From positions 2,002 to 66,001 of the forward strand of contig CAYQPR010000002.1 of the NCBI GenBank assembly GCA_964419925.1: 64,000 bases of DNA, read 5' to 3'. The notes under the pieces were generated by a model. That model made no database searches. It saw nothing but the letters and a program-made list of their open reading frames with translations, and was not told the DNA's origin. Shown here one piece after another: positions 19,804-28,558 of this stretch (position 1 is its first letter; the number at the start of each line of letters is the position of its first letter). Source of the DNA: Candidatus Woesearchaeota archaeon. Lineage in GTDB: Archaea; Nanobdellota; Nanobdellia; SCGC-AAA011-G17; GW2011-AR20. The translations under genes were made by a program, and so were the position numbers.

Positions 19804-19875
19804 TTTGGCGACAAAATCGGTTTTGGCGATCGATGAAACTTTTATTGGTATTAGTCCAGAGATTATTTTTGGCGA
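19804..19875. promoter_or_regulatory. Three copies of TTTGGCGA in the gatD/ftsZ divergent intergenic region. One copy overlaps a GCGATCGATG palindrome.
   Basis: Copies at 19804..19811, 19822..19829 and 19868..19875. They are GC-rich islands in an AT-rich spacer. Confidence 0.4.
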
Positions 19876-19993
19876 AATAAACTCTTTCTTAAAGTAAGGT
19901 ATATGTTAACTTATATATAAAGCTTACGCTTAAAAAAACATATACTCATAATCAAAAAAATAAAAAAGGAGAAAAAAGTAGGGGGAACAAAAA

Positions 19994-21073
19994 ATGGATT
20001 TTATAATACAAAATGCTCTCGAAGGAGCAAAGAGTACAAAATACAACGATGTTAAAGTTGGACAAGCAAACATTAAAGTTTGTGGTGTTGGTGGTGCTGG
20101 AAATAATATGGTTTCTTGGTTATACAGAAAAGGTATCCAAGGTGCAGAAATCGTTGCATGTAATACTGATAAACAACACTTAGATATAAGTGAAGCAGAT
20201 CATAAGATTTTAATCGGTGTTGAATTAAACAGAGGATTAGGATGTGGAGGATTCCCACAAAAAGGACAAGAATCTGCAAAAGAAAGTTTGCATGAATTAA
20301 AAGAAGCATTGAAAGATTCTGATATGATATTTATCTGTGCTGGTATGGGTGGAGGAACAGGAACAGGAGCTGCTCCAGTAGTAGCAAGGGTTGGAAAAGA
20401 AATGGGTTCAATCGTTATTGGAACTGTAACCATGCCATTAGATATTGAAAAAGCAAGGGTAGACAAAGCAGAATTTGGATTGCAACAATTAAGACAAGCT
20501 TCTGATACAGTTATCGTAATTGATAACAATAGATTAGTACAGATTGCTGGAAACCTTCCTCTAAAACAAGCATTTGCTGTAGCAAATGAATTAGTAAGTA
20601 CAATGATTAAAGGAATTGTAGAGACAATTGCAGTTCCAAGTTTAGTTAACTTAGACTATGCAGATGTCAAAGCAATTATGACCTCAGGCGGAGTAAGCGT
20701 CATTGGGATTGGAGAGAGTGATACAGAACATAGAGTAGAAGAAGCCGTAAAAAGAGCATTAAGTAATCCTTTACTAGATGTTACCTACAACGGTGCAACA
20801 GGTGCTTTAATCCATATTACCGGTGGAGATGACTTAACATTAGATGAAGTAAACAAAGTCGGAGAGATTGTAACTCAAGCATTAGATCCAGATGCACAAG
20901 TTATCTGGGGTGCAAGAATCTCAGAAGACATGAATAACAGACTAAGGGTAATGACAATAATTACCGGAGTCAACTCACCATATGTAATTGGAAAAGTAGA
21001 CCACAACAAGCAATCATCAGAGTCTCGCAGACTTAGTGATGAGCTTGGAATAGAAATGGTGCATAGGAGATAA
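19994..21073 (+). CDS. ftsZ: cell division GTPase FtsZ
   Basis: GVGGAGNNMV and GMGGGTGTGAAPVVA (tubulin/FtsZ GGGTGTG signature). Confidence 0.95.
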   Translation: MDFIIQNALEGAKSTKYNDVKVGQANIKVCGVGGAGNNMVSWLYRKGIQGAEIVACNTDKQHLDISEADHKILIGVELNRGLGCGGFPQKGQESAKESLHELKEALKDSDMIFICAGMGGGTGTGAAPVVARVGKEMGSIVIGTVTMPLDIEKARVDKAEFGLQQLRQASDTVIVIDNNRLVQIAGNLPLKQAFAVANELVSTMIKGIVETIAVPSLVNLDYADVKAIMTSGGVSVIGIGESDTEHRVEEAVKRALSNPLLDVTYNGATGALIHITGGDDLTLDEVNKVGEIVTQALDPDAQVIWGARISEDMNNRLRVMTIITGVNSPYVIGKVDHNKQSSESRRLSDELGIEMVHRR

Positions 21074-21093
21074 GTTTCCCATCTCCTTTTTTA
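21067..21093 (+). terminator. Hairpin ggagat-aagtttccc-atctcc followed by TTTTTT. It overlaps the ftsZ stop codon.
   Basis: Perfect 6-bp stem plus T-tract, read in the sequence. Confidence 0.55.
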
Positions 21094-21147
21094 TTTCATG
21101 TTTTAGGGCAAAGTAGAATTCTTTAACCCCCTTGAAATGCCCTTTCC

Positions 21148-21177
21148 GGCTGGGTAAAACCAGCCTTTTTTCTTTTT
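21148..21177. terminator. Hairpin ggctgg-gtaaaa-ccagcc flanked by T-tracts. It is a likely bidirectional terminator between ftsZ (+) and the nucleotidase gene (-).
   Basis: Perfect 6-bp stem with T-runs on both sides. Confidence 0.5.
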
Positions 21178-21751
21178 ATATTTTTTCTAAAATTTCTTTC
21201 CAGTTATTAACTCTTTCAACATTAGGATAAGACTTTCCTTTATTCCAAGGCTGAGTCATAAGCAAAACTCTTATTCCAACATCAGCACACTGAACTGCGG
21301 TCTCAAAATTATCATCAACTATCAATTCAATTTCATTTTTCAAACAAATATCTGATTTTTTTAGACTAATTAATTTATTGGAGTTAGAATAATTATTTGT
21401 AAAAAAGAATTCTAAAAACTTATCTCCAAAATGATATAATAACTGTTCTTTTGTCTTTTCAGTAAAATAATTGCTTCTTGAAGTTAAAACATAAAGTTCG
21501 TGATCCTTAGATAATTTATTAATTCCTTCAATTGCCCCTTTCATTGGTTTAATTTTGTTAAAATAATCACTTTCTTGGAAATCATGAATTTTTTTAATTG
21601 CTTCTTCCCTTGTTCCACCCCAAGATTTCCATAAGTTATAAGAAACAATATCACTTTTCTTTAAACTAGTATTATAAGTTATGTTATGCCATTTACATAA
21701 AACAGAAACATAATCCAATGAAGTATCATCAACATCAAGGCCAATTCTCAT
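21176..21751 (-). CDS. HAD-superfamily 5'(3')-deoxyribonucleotidase-like phosphatase
   Basis: HAD motif I IGLDVDDT (DxD) at the N-terminus. Size and pattern match the 5'-nucleotidase NT5C-like family. Confidence 0.55.
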   Translation of the reverse strand: MRIGLDVDDTSLDYVSVLCKWHNITYNTSLKKSDIVSYNLWKSWGGTREEAIKKIHDFQESDYFNKIKPMKGAIEGINKLSKDHELYVLTSRSNYFTEKTKEQLLYHFGDKFLEFFFTNNYSNSNKLISLKKSDICLKNEIELIVDDNFETAVQCADVGIRVLLMTQPWNKGKSYPNVERVNNWKEILEKI

Positions 21752-21787
21752 AAAATAAACGTTTAAGAAAAATTAATAAATCTATTT

Positions 21788-22150
21788 TTATTTTACAAAT
21801 TCTACATTCTTCATACTTTTGAATTCCTTATCTCCAGTTAAGAATTTCATTTCATTTTCTGTAGCAATAATATATCCCAAAGCATCAACATATGAAATAT
21901 TATTTTTCTTATTCTTTAATTTAAAATCTGAGGCTAAAAAAATCCATTCATCTTTTATTCTAATCAACAAAGAATAAAAAGTATAAAAAACTTCTTTAGC
22001 TTTATTTCCATCATTCTCTTTTAATATATTATAATATAGTTCATATAAATTAAGCAATGTTGTAAAAACCTCGTGATCAAGATATTTTTTATAACTTTCA
22101 TTGCCCTTAACAATCTCAATCAAAGCATAAGTATCAAGAAAGAATCTCAT
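21788..22150 (-). CDS. vapC: PIN-domain toxin VapC
   Basis: FFLDTYALIE (first catalytic Asp) ... VDALGYIIATENEMKFLTGDKEF. The start overlaps the vapB stop (ATGA). Confidence 0.75.
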   Translation of the reverse strand: MRFFLDTYALIEIVKGNESYKKYLDHEVFTTLLNLYELYYNILKENDGNKAKEVFYTFYSLLIRIKDEWIFLASDFKLKNKKNNISYVDALGYIIATENEMKFLTGDKEFKSMKNVEFVK

Positions 22151-22362
22151 TTAGTCCACTCCTTTCTTAATTCATCCTTTACATCTTGAGCGTTAATCTT
22201 CCATTTTTTTAAAAGCCCAAATGCATTTTTAACAAGAATCTTTTTTCTCAATTCAAACATCACTTCTTCACCAGGTTTTAAATTTTCTCTGACCATAATC
22301 TCTCGAGGAACCACTATTCCAAATGAATTTCCCCACCTTTTCAATTTAGTTCTGAATTCCAT
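22147..22362 (-). CDS. vapB: AbrB/SpoVT-type antitoxin VapB
   Basis: KRWGNSFGIVVPREI swapped-hairpin barrel motif. 71 aa, directly upstream of vapC. Confidence 0.75.
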   Translation of the reverse strand: MEFRTKLKRWGNSFGIVVPREIMVRENLKPGEEVMFELRKKILVKNAFGLLKKWKINAQDVKDELRKEWTK

Positions 22363-22383
22363 AGTTATACTTAATGTATAACT
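22363..22383. promoter_or_regulatory. Perfect palindrome AGTTATAC-TTAAT-GTATAACT. It abuts the vapB start codon and is a candidate operator.
   Basis: 8-bp inverted repeat with a 5-nt spacer, 1 nt upstream of the vapB ATG. Confidence 0.5.
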
Positions 22384-22388
22384 AATAT

Positions 22389-22862
22389 TTAAGCTTTTTC
22401 ATTTACAATAAACAAAACATCATTATAACAATCAATTTCTTTAAATTTAAAATATTTTTTTAATATTTTTCTAAATTCATCTAATTTTTTAGATTTTTTC
22501 AAAAAAGTTATCGCAATATTCTCATTACTAGAAACTCTTTTAATTTCTAACAAAGCTTTTTCCATATTCTCAAAATTATGAAAAGCAGTTACACTTATTA
22601 CAGTATTAAAACTTTTATCTAAAAACGGCAGTTTCTCAGCGTTTCCATAAATCAAATTTCCATATCTTCCTTCCTTAATCATTTCTTTAGAACTATCAAT
22701 TCCAATACTTACAACATCAAAGTAATTTGTACTTATTCCGGTTCCACATCCAACATCTAATAAAGGTGGAATCATCTTAAGGTTTTTCTTAATAATCTCT
22801 AATTTCTTAATTTGTTCTTCCTCATGAAGTTCATTATAACTTTTAGCTATTTTATTGTACAT
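22389..22862 (-). CDS. small class I SAM-dependent methyltransferase
   Basis: LLDVGCGTGIST (motif I) and an acidic residue at the end of beta-2. Confidence 0.65.
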   Translation of the reverse strand: MYNKIAKSYNELHEEEQIKKLEIIKKNLKMIPPLLDVGCGTGISTNYFDVVSIGIDSSKEMIKEGRYGNLIYGNAEKLPFLDKSFNTVISVTAFHNFENMEKALLEIKRVSSNENIAITFLKKSKKLDEFRKILKKYFKFKEIDCYNDVLFIVNEKA

Positions 22863-22884
22863 AAAGAGATAAAAAGAAAGCAGG

Positions 22885-23793
22885 TTATAAATTTAACTCC
22901 AATCCATCTCTTGCAATAATAATTTTTGAATTAAGTTTCATTTGTCTAGCATAAACCAAAAGCCGATCATGCATCTCGTCTAACTTATCATCATCATGTA
23001 TCGGATCGTGATGGGTCAATACAAGTGTGCTTGGTTGAATATCTAACAAAAAATCAACAACTTGCTCATAATCAGAATGTCCCCATCCTCTTTTTGAAAC
23101 TGATTTTAGATTATACTTTACAGGATTTGTTTCTTCAGGAAAATATTGTGCATCCATAACCAACAAGTTTACATTGTTAAAAAATCGTTTTAAATTACAA
23201 TCTATAAAATCATTTCCACATTCATGATCGCCACCAAAAACAAAAATTTTTCCATTTTCTTCAAATTTATATGCAATACAGCCGTTAGGATGATTTGTAA
23301 ACTCATATGTAACTTTTGTCCCATTTTTTCCATTAACAACTTTATTGTTAATGCTATGGTGAAATTTCTTTGCCATCATTACAGGTTCATCATTTTGATC
23401 TCCTTTCAGATAACGAACAGGAAATACTCCAGAACCTTGTCTAGCGGATAAAATTTCTTCCAATCTCCTAGGTTCTTCTCTTGAATAAATATCAAATTCA
23501 TTTTTTGGATTATAAAACGGAAAAAATCCAGGAATTCCCTCAATATGATCTTGATGTAGATGGGTAAGCAAAATTTTTATTCTATCGTTTCCTTTTGATA
23601 ATTCCCCTTTTGAAATTAAATCTTGTCCCAATAATCTCATACCGGATCCAGCATCAATAATGAATCTTTCATCAGAATCTGTAGCTAAGTACAAAGAAGT
23701 TGTATGTCCCCCATATTTATTTGTATAAAAGTTTCTTTCAGGAATGGATGGCGTTGGAAAGCTTCCCCTGGTTCCATAAAATTTTATTTTCAT
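22885..23793 (-). CDS. metallo-beta-lactamase-fold hydrolase (possibly a short-form RNase Z-like nuclease)
   Basis: LTHLHQDHIEG (HxHxDH) and the N-terminal FYGTRGSFP. Length about 300 aa. Confidence 0.55.
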   Translation of the reverse strand: MKIKFYGTRGSFPTPSIPERNFYTNKYGGHTTSLYLATDSDERFIIDAGSGMRLLGQDLISKGELSKGNDRIKILLTHLHQDHIEGIPGFFPFYNPKNEFDIYSREEPRRLEEILSARQGSGVFPVRYLKGDQNDEPVMMAKKFHHSINNKVVNGKNGTKVTYEFTNHPNGCIAYKFEENGKIFVFGGDHECGNDFIDCNLKRFFNNVNLLVMDAQYFPEETNPVKYNLKSVSKRGWGHSDYEQVVDFLLDIQPSTLVLTHHDPIHDDDKLDEMHDRLLVYARQMKLNSKIIIARDGLELNL

Positions 23794-23905
23794 TTTTTCC
23801 TCCTCAACATTGAAATATTAGGAGATTACAAAATATAAAAAAGATTTGATTGAATATTTTGTTTAAACAGGAAGATTTATATATTTTATCATAAATATCA
23901 TAAAA

Positions 23906-24943
23906 ATGAAGGTATTAAACAAAAACGAATTTAAAGAAAAGATCGATTTAGATCTTAAAGATAAAAAAATTCTAAAATTATTAAGTATAAATTCAAGATT
24001 TCCATTAACTAAAATCTGTAAATATATAAGGTTAACAAGAGATGCAGTAAATTATAGAATAAAGGGGTTGGAAGAGAAAAATATAATAACTGGATACAGA
24101 ACTTTAATTAATTTAAAAAAACTAGGCTATTCCTCTTATCATATTTTTATAGAATTACATCCAAATCGTGAAAAAGAAAAAGAGTTAATTGATTTTTTTA
24201 AAAAAAATGAAAATATAAATGCAATAATAAAATATTCTGGAAAATTAGACTATGAAATAGCCTTAGTTTGTAAAACATTTGAAGAATTTGATAACGTCTT
24301 TAATAAAATAATCAATAAATATGAAGTTAAAAACTATGAAATCCTAATAATATTAAATACAATAAAGAGTTCATCATTTCCAGAAAGTTTATTGAATGAA
24401 AAGATACCTATTGAAAATAAAAAAAATGACGGAAGTTTTTTTAAAAATTTTATCAATGCAAAAAACACAGATTTTAAACTAGATAAGGCCGATATAAAAA
24501 TTCTTAATCTAATTTCAAATGATGCAAAAATCTCTTTAACCGAATTAAGCAAAAATACAAGCTTGAGCTTGGATGTAATTTCTTATAGAATTAAGAAAAT
24601 GATAGAAAGTAAAATAATTCTCGAATTCCGTCCAGTAATAAATTACAATAATTTAGGTTTTTCAGTTTATACACTTTTATTAAGTTTACAAAATCTAAAC
24701 GATAAAAAAGAAATCGAACTTATTGAATTTTTTAAAAACAATAAGAATATTTTATGGGGTGTTAAAACAATAGGCAAATGGAACCTATTAATATATATTC
24801 TAACAAAAGACGAGCAAGAGTTTCATTCAACAATTTCAGAAATTAAAAATAAATTTTCAAGCATAATCAAAACATATGAAACACTATTAGCAGATGAGGA
24901 ATACAAATACACTTATTTCCCGGAAGTTTTAAGTAAAATCTAG
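23906..24943 (+). CDS. tandem-duplicated Lrp/AsnC-family transcriptional regulator (two HTH + RAM-like repeats in one chain)
   Basis: Repeat 1 is KKILKLLSINSRFPLTKICKYIRLTRDAVNYRIKGLEE. Repeat 2 is IKILNLISNDAKISLTELSKNTSLSLDVISYRIKKMIE. Confidence 0.6.
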   Translation: MKVLNKNEFKEKIDLDLKDKKILKLLSINSRFPLTKICKYIRLTRDAVNYRIKGLEEKNIITGYRTLINLKKLGYSSYHIFIELHPNREKEKELIDFFKKNENINAIIKYSGKLDYEIALVCKTFEEFDNVFNKIINKYEVKNYEILIILNTIKSSSFPESLLNEKIPIENKKNDGSFFKNFINAKNTDFKLDKADIKILNLISNDAKISLTELSKNTSLSLDVISYRIKKMIESKIILEFRPVINYNNLGFSVYTLLLSLQNLNDKKEIELIEFFKNNKNILWGVKTIGKWNLLIYILTKDEQEFHSTISEIKNKFSSIIKTYETLLADEEYKYTYFPEVLSKI

Positions 24944-25860
24944 TTTTTCTTCAAAACCTCAACAATTTTACAAGTCTGACAAATTTCTTGAGAACACGGT
25001 TCACCACAGGATTTACATTCTTTTAAAGATGTAATATTTTTATAATTTTCTTTTAATAAAGGTAATAATTCCAAAAAACTAGTTATAATACTATGTTTAG
25101 TACCAGGGTATTTTGATTCAAAACTATTCAAAAGATCTCTAACATCTCCACGATAAGCATCTGTGTTGTAAGGACATTCTTTAAAATCTGGAATTAATTT
25201 TTTTAAAAAAGCATAAGTAGCAACCTCTTTTTCGGTCATTAAATACAAAGGCTTTATTCTCCTAACAAATTTCTTATCGTTTACAATTCCAGTAATCGGT
25301 CCAAGTCTAGCCGAAGTTTCTAAATTCCTTCTAAAATAATTCATCATTATTGTCTGAGATTCATCATCTAGATTATGTCCAGTAGCTAATTTAGTGAATC
25401 CTAATTCTTTTGATTTTTTATTTAAAATATATCTTCTAAAAGGCCCGCACATTGAGCAAGCTTTCATTTTACTTTTTTTAAGAAAATTATCTAGAGTATT
25501 CCCAAATTCTTCTTTATATGAAAAGATACTTAATTTAATATTATTTTCTTTGCAGAATTTTTTAGCATTTTCTAAAGTCTCATCCCTATATCCTTTAATC
25601 CCTTCGTTTACAGCAATTGCTTCCAAAGTAAATCTTCTTGTTTTACTCTTTAAATCATTTAAAATATTTAAAACAGTTAAAGAATCTTTTCCACCAGAAA
25701 CGGCAACTCCAATTTTATCATTTTTATCAATTAGTTTATATTTTCTAATTAAATTCAAAACTTTTTTCTCAAAGTATTTAATAAAATGCTGCTTACATAG
25801 TTGGATATTCACATTTGTAAGTTTTATTACAGGATTATCTAAACAATTCTTGCACACCAT
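24940..25860 (-). CDS. ncsA: PP-loop ATPase of the NcsA/TtuA/TtcA tRNA-thiolation family
   Basis: SGGKDS PP-loop, N-terminal CxxC...C and C-terminal CKSCGEPCSQEICQTC zinc/Fe-S cysteines. Confidence 0.75.
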   Translation of the reverse strand: MVCKNCLDNPVIKLTNVNIQLCKQHFIKYFEKKVLNLIRKYKLIDKNDKIGVAVSGGKDSLTVLNILNDLKSKTRRFTLEAIAVNEGIKGYRDETLENAKKFCKENNIKLSIFSYKEEFGNTLDNFLKKSKMKACSMCGPFRRYILNKKSKELGFTKLATGHNLDDESQTIMMNYFRRNLETSARLGPITGIVNDKKFVRRIKPLYLMTEKEVATYAFLKKLIPDFKECPYNTDAYRGDVRDLLNSFESKYPGTKHSIITSFLELLPLLKENYKNITSLKECKSCGEPCSQEICQTCKIVEVLKKN

Positions 25861-25943
25861 ATTAATATGGATTGTATATCATTTATAAAGATAATTTATT
25901 CTAAATTAGATAATTTTATAAAAGTTTTAGTATTATCAATTCA

Positions 25944-27047
25944 ATGAGTGATAAAGTGTTAAATGAAGAACTCGTTCTTGAACATGCCTTTGAAATTAAG
26001 AAGGTTAAACACAATTATAGTCCTGAAGAAAAACTTATAGTAGATCGTGCAAATGCAATTTTAAGTTATAGAAATGGTATTGTTAGAAATTTAGAAGATT
26101 ATGTTGAATCATTACTAAAGACAAGGTTAAATGAAGTCGGTAATGAAAGAAACTGGCAACCCTCTGATTTTTTACCTGATTTTTCATTAGGAAATTGGAA
26201 ACAAGAAGTTGAAAGACTTCAAAAACAATCCAAAGGAATATCCGATGAATTAATGGTAGTATTGATTGGAAATTTAGTAACAGAAGAAGCACTTCCAACT
26301 TATCAGACATTTCTTAATAAATTTGATGGCATTAAAGATTTGACCGGAGCACAGAACACTGCTTGGGCTAAGTGGACAAAGGGTTGGACCGCTGAAGAAA
26401 ATAGACACGGAGATTTACTGCACTGTTATTCATTTTTATCCGGGCGTTTTAATATGAGAACAGTGTATGACACTATTCAACTTTTAATAATGAATGGTTT
26501 TGATGCCGGAGCCGGAGAAGATCCATTTAAAGTATTTGAATATACAAGTTTTCAGGAAAGAGCAACTAGAATTTCTCATACAAATACTGGTAAAATTGCA
26601 AAGCAACAAGGAGATGAATTATTATACAAGATATGTACTATGATTGCTAAAGATGAAACAAGACATGAAAGTTTTTATACTCTCTGTATGAAAAAAATTT
26701 TTGATATAGATCCAAATGGGGCAATGACCTCTTATGCTTGGATGATGAAAAAAAATATATCTATGCCTGCAAAATTAATAAGTGATAATAAGAATCCAAA
26801 TTTGTTTAAAGATTTTTCAGCCGCTGCCGAGCGTGTAGGAGTTTACACAGCAAGAGACTATGCGGAGATAATAAACCATCTAAACAATGAATGGGAAATA
26901 GCTGAAGTAAAGGTAACAACTATAGAAGCAAGTCAAGCTCAAGAATATTTATTAAATCTACCAGAAAGATACTTAAAACTTTCAGATAGAAAAAGAAGTT
27001 CCGAAAGAACATTTGATCCAAAATATTTTTCCTGGTTAAAAAATTAA
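25944..27047 (+). CDS. soluble acyl-ACP desaturase-family di-iron protein (DesA-like)
   Basis: The two di-iron motifs TAEENRHGD and AKDETRHE sit in a ferritin-like four-helix context. Local GC looks slightly above neighbours. Confidence 0.75.
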   Translation: MSDKVLNEELVLEHAFEIKKVKHNYSPEEKLIVDRANAILSYRNGIVRNLEDYVESLLKTRLNEVGNERNWQPSDFLPDFSLGNWKQEVERLQKQSKGISDELMVVLIGNLVTEEALPTYQTFLNKFDGIKDLTGAQNTAWAKWTKGWTAEENRHGDLLHCYSFLSGRFNMRTVYDTIQLLIMNGFDAGAGEDPFKVFEYTSFQERATRISHTNTGKIAKQQGDELLYKICTMIAKDETRHESFYTLCMKKIFDIDPNGAMTSYAWMMKKNISMPAKLISDNKNPNLFKDFSAAAERVGVYTARDYAEIINHLNNEWEIAEVKVTTIEASQAQEYLLNLPERYLKLSDRKRSSERTFDPKYFSWLKN

Positions 27048-27049
27048 AA

Positions 27050-27244
27050 TTAACCACCAGAAATAACACTTAATAATTTTAGTTCATCGCTATCTTTTAA
27101 TTCAGTGTTTTCTAAAATAAGTTCATTGTTTCTTGAAAATAAAACAGTTTCAGAATTAATTTTTAATTTACTTAAAACTTCTTTTGGGTTCTTAGCTTTT
27201 AAATTTATGATTCTATCTTCTTTTTCAATAAAAATTTTAACCAT
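27050..27244 (-). CDS. ThiS/MoaD-like ubiquitin-fold sulfur-carrier protein ending in Gly-Gly. The start is the internal Met MVKIF; the track ORF 27050..27328 is N-extended.
   Basis: C-terminal ...LSVISGG-stop. About 64 aa of beta-grasp size. Its ATG overlaps the stop of the upstream ORF (TATGGTTAA). Confidence 0.65.
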   Translation of the reverse strand: MVKIFIEKEDRIINLKAKNPKEVLSKLKINSETVLFSRNNELILENTELKDSDELKLLSVISGG

Positions 27245-27572
27245 AATAAATAACCTCTGATTCAATTGGAGTCTTAGAAGAATCTTGTAAAAATAATTTA
27301 TTTTCTGGAATTTCATTTTTAAGATCAAGTTCTAAAAAACAATAAGAGGGGATTTTTAATTTATTGTTTTCAAAAGAACAACCAACCGAGTTAATTCTTA
27401 AATAATAAAAAGTATGATTAATATGGTTTTTTATGAATTCTAAAGAAATGGGGGTTTTTCTATATAAAGTGTATTCGTCTCCGTTAAATCCAAAAGGTTC
27501 GCCTTCAATATTAACTACATCACCTAAATTAAGTAAATTATTTACAGATTTATTTTTATTTAATTCGTCCAT
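27237..27572 (-). CDS. hypothetical protein, translationally coupled to the Ubl gene
   Basis: 111-aa ORF with no motif. It sits between the ThiI-like and Ubl genes. Confidence 0.45.
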   Translation of the reverse strand: MDELNKNKSVNNLLNLGDVVNIEGEPFGFNGDEYTLYRKTPISLEFIKNHINHTFYYLRINSVGCSFENNKLKIPSYCFLELDLKNEIPENKLFLQDSSKTPIESEVIYYG

Positions 27573-27596
27573 AAAAACTCATTGAACTAAAATGAT

Positions 27597-28205
27597 TTAT
27601 AAAACTTTCTTTAAGTTTTTTAAAGAACTTTCAACCAGTTTATTTACGTTAATCTTATTTTCTTCCTTTAATAAAATTTCTTCATTAGATCTAGTTGCAG
27701 GATGTTTTGGTCCAAGAATATTACACATCTCTGGTCCTTTAGAAGTTTCAAAAGTATCTATTTTTCTGGCAATTTTAATAATTTCATCTTTATCATAACA
27801 CAACAAAGGACTTATGATTGGGATTTCAACAGCCTTTCTAATACTAACTAAATTTGATAAGGTTTGACTTGAAACTTGTCCGATATTACATCCGTCTAAT
27901 AAAAAATCACACTTCAATTTTTCAGCCAATTTCTCTGCTACTTTGTACATTAATCTTCTAGAAAGGACATAATAATATTTATTATCGCACTTTTTTGTAA
28001 TTTCAGAATGTTCTTCAGAATGGTTAATAACATAAAATTCTTTTATTTTTAACTTTTTACAAATTTCTAAAGATTTCTTTTCAGGAGTATTATCTGTAAA
28101 TGGTTCTAAAGAAAAATGCAATGCAACTATTTCCATCTTAGGCTTCATTAAGTAAATTGCAATGGGTGAATCAAATCCGCCAGATAACAATGCTAAAGCT
28201 TTCAT
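27597..28205 (-). CDS. ThiI-type PP-loop ATPase domain protein (no THUMP domain)
   Basis: LALLSGGFDSPIA PP-loop at the N-terminus. 202 aa. Confidence 0.65.
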   Translation of the reverse strand: MKALALLSGGFDSPIAIYLMKPKMEIVALHFSLEPFTDNTPEKKSLEICKKLKIKEFYVINHSEEHSEITKKCDNKYYYVLSRRLMYKVAEKLAEKLKCDFLLDGCNIGQVSSQTLSNLVSIRKAVEIPIISPLLCYDKDEIIKIARKIDTFETSKGPEMCNILGPKHPATRSNEEILLKEENKINVNKLVESSLKNLKKVL

Positions 28206-28558
28206 TTCACTTCAAAGAAATTTAGTTTACCTTTTAAAGGAATTGGTTTAATCCTATGATTATTTTTTAGTCTAAAACCATATCTTACGAAAATTTTTGC
28301 AAAATGTTTATTATAGTCTTTATCAAATTCTTCTTTAGATTTATATTCCTTAACATCTACTAATTCAGCTTTTCCAATCAAACAACCAGTAACTAAATCT
28401 TTCAAATTAATTTCATCACAATACTCTAAATCAGAATTCTTAGAAGAATGTATAAAAAATTCCCCTCTAAAATTAGTTTTCCATTTTCTAGTTTCAATTG
28501 TTTTCTTTCCTGAAACAATCAATTCTGCCCAAGGCTGTTTTAGAGATAAAGCTTTCAT
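28202..28558 (-). CDS. ASCH/PUA-like domain protein
   Basis: LSLKQPWAELIVSGKKTIETR is the characteristic ASCH N-terminal beta-strand motif. Confidence 0.6.
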   Translation of the reverse strand: MKALSLKQPWAELIVSGKKTIETRKWKTNFRGEFFIHSSKNSDLEYCDEINLKDLVTGCLIGKAELVDVKEYKSKEEFDKDYNKHFAKIFVRYGFRLKNNHRIKPIPLKGKLNFFEVK

